A DNA stretch of 53,439 nt, the filler included, from Sluysia triapertura (lineage: Eukaryota), in NCBI GenBank assembly GCA_046118255.1. It is 4 parts of 4 records of this genome, joined end to end, with 100 filler letters (N's around TTAATTAATTAA, not from the genome) between each part and the next. Parts side by side here need not be neighbours in the genome. Positions count along the whole stretch, not along the records: positions 40,703 to 53,439 come from JBJNIA010085139.1; 3 more parts are not named here. One strand, 5' to 3'. The notes under the pieces were generated by a model. It was given only the letters and a program-made list of their open reading frames with translations, made no database searches and was not told where the DNA came from. The position numbers and the translations under genes are program-made. Shown here piece after piece: positions 52,041 through 53,439 of the stretch. Position 1 is the first letter of the stretch. The number at the start of each line of letters is the position of its first letter.

Positions 52041-53439
52041 AATTGTAATTGAAACATTCTCTTCGACTGATTTGTTAATGTTCTATCTATTAAACTGACA
52101 GTATGATAAATGTGAAGCAGAAATATTTATTTTGTGTATTCAGTGCGTACATACAATTCATGAACACTTTCTTTCCAAAATATAATTTTCATCATCAAAT
52201 ACTACTATGCAAGGAATGATATTGTAACTACTTCGCTACGAAAATGTGAAAACTCAAGCAACGTTTTCTATTGGATAAAATCAATCTAAATGCTGTCTTT
52301 AGAAGATGTTACTTTAAACACGTCAGGAAAGGCGACAGTGATTACCATATTCTTCAAAACAAGTTTCAAATGTATCTTTACATTTTTACCGTGTTACAGT
52401 AGCGGAAAAATAGCTTCTCGATAACAAAGATATACTATGCAACATTTCTATAAATGGTTCATTAACTATGAAGAATTGAATCACACATACTGGCTTAACT
52501 TAGGAATACTTACAGCTGAAAATTTATCATCGATATTGCCGTTTTTCAAATGCAGCAGAAGCATTAAGAATTTAATACATTGTTTGAACGTTCTATTAAG
52601 AATAAGAATATTTTATTGCTGAAATATTGATTATTTGTTATTGGAATTCTATTACTTCACTACATCCATCCTTACAATATGCTATATAAATAAATAAATA
52701 AATAAATAAATATCGATAATTATTATTCGTATATATATAATTAAGTCACTATGACGCTAAAATGGCCACTTTCCATTTGATTATTTTATATTATTAAACC
52801 AAAATATACACACATAATTTACTGTCGCAAATCTAATTAAACTTAGTTAATTGATTTATTGCGGTTTTTTGATTTAAATGTTTATTTCAATATAAATTAA
52901 AGTTAATTGATTTTAATGATTTGTTTAAAAATTAAAAATATTTATGCACTTTATTTGTATGAACTTGTTGCACATTCACGGATAAAACGTGTCATTGTCA
53001 ATTAAATGGTTTAAATTAAATGTTAATTACAAATGAATATTTTTCTTTATTTTAGGTGTGTAATTTGTTTTGAGAATGTAAAAATTATAAAAAATGACTC
53101 ATAATTATAAATATCCATTTTGTTCGAAATTTCGAACATTGAAAAATAATGGGGAATTAATCAATAACACTAAAAATAAAATGTACTCAATATTTGAGAG
53201 CTAAAGAAATATAAGTTGTTATATAAGCTGATATCTTTTGCAGAATACATTTCGAAATAGTAAGGGAAATTTTTAAATAGCATATCAATCAGAAATTGAC
53301 ATTATAATTATAAAATTAAGTTTGCATTTAAATTTCTAATTTATAATTCATTGTATTTTTATTACTGTAAAATCCCGAGAATAAGCTGCAGCTAATACTT
53401 ACATAAAGGCAACATTTTTGAATTGCAGCTAATATGATG

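Noticed and set aside
52400-52680. piggyBac transposase remnant on the minus strand (NRTFKQCIKFL...DDKFSAV)
   Set aside because: Only a weak motif resemblance; catalytic motifs and TTAA/TIR ends were not found.

Overview
Very AT-rich invertebrate-type eukaryotic draft sequence; the organism cannot be assigned from the sequence alone. Three identical 100-bp spacers (44 N + TTAATTAATTAA + 44 N) show that four separate scaffolds were concatenated, so order across 12307-12406, 29742-29841 and 40603-40702 is artificial. Most of the window is decayed mobile DNA: Polinton/Maverick capsid and pPolB remnants, Gypsy, mariner, hAT, pogo-like and piggyBac-like pieces. It also holds exon fragments of host genes (DDR-like discoidin, CCDC191-like, class A GPCR, ACSL3/4-like). 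The only long intact ORF is an IS630/Tc1-type transposase with unusual DD30E spacing that appears to be spliced. The main finding is a family of ~157-bp elements (5 copies) with TG...CA ends, 4-bp target-site duplications and an internal tRNA-Ala-like Pol III cassette whose anticodon arm carries a palindrome. They look like solo LTRs of a tRNA-bearing non-autonomous LTR element rather than SINEs. One copy is split at the tRNA D-arm by a 5'-truncated NeSL-clade (RLE) non-LTR retrotransposon, a candidate tRNA-targeting element. All protein family calls come from motif recognition by eye, not database searches.
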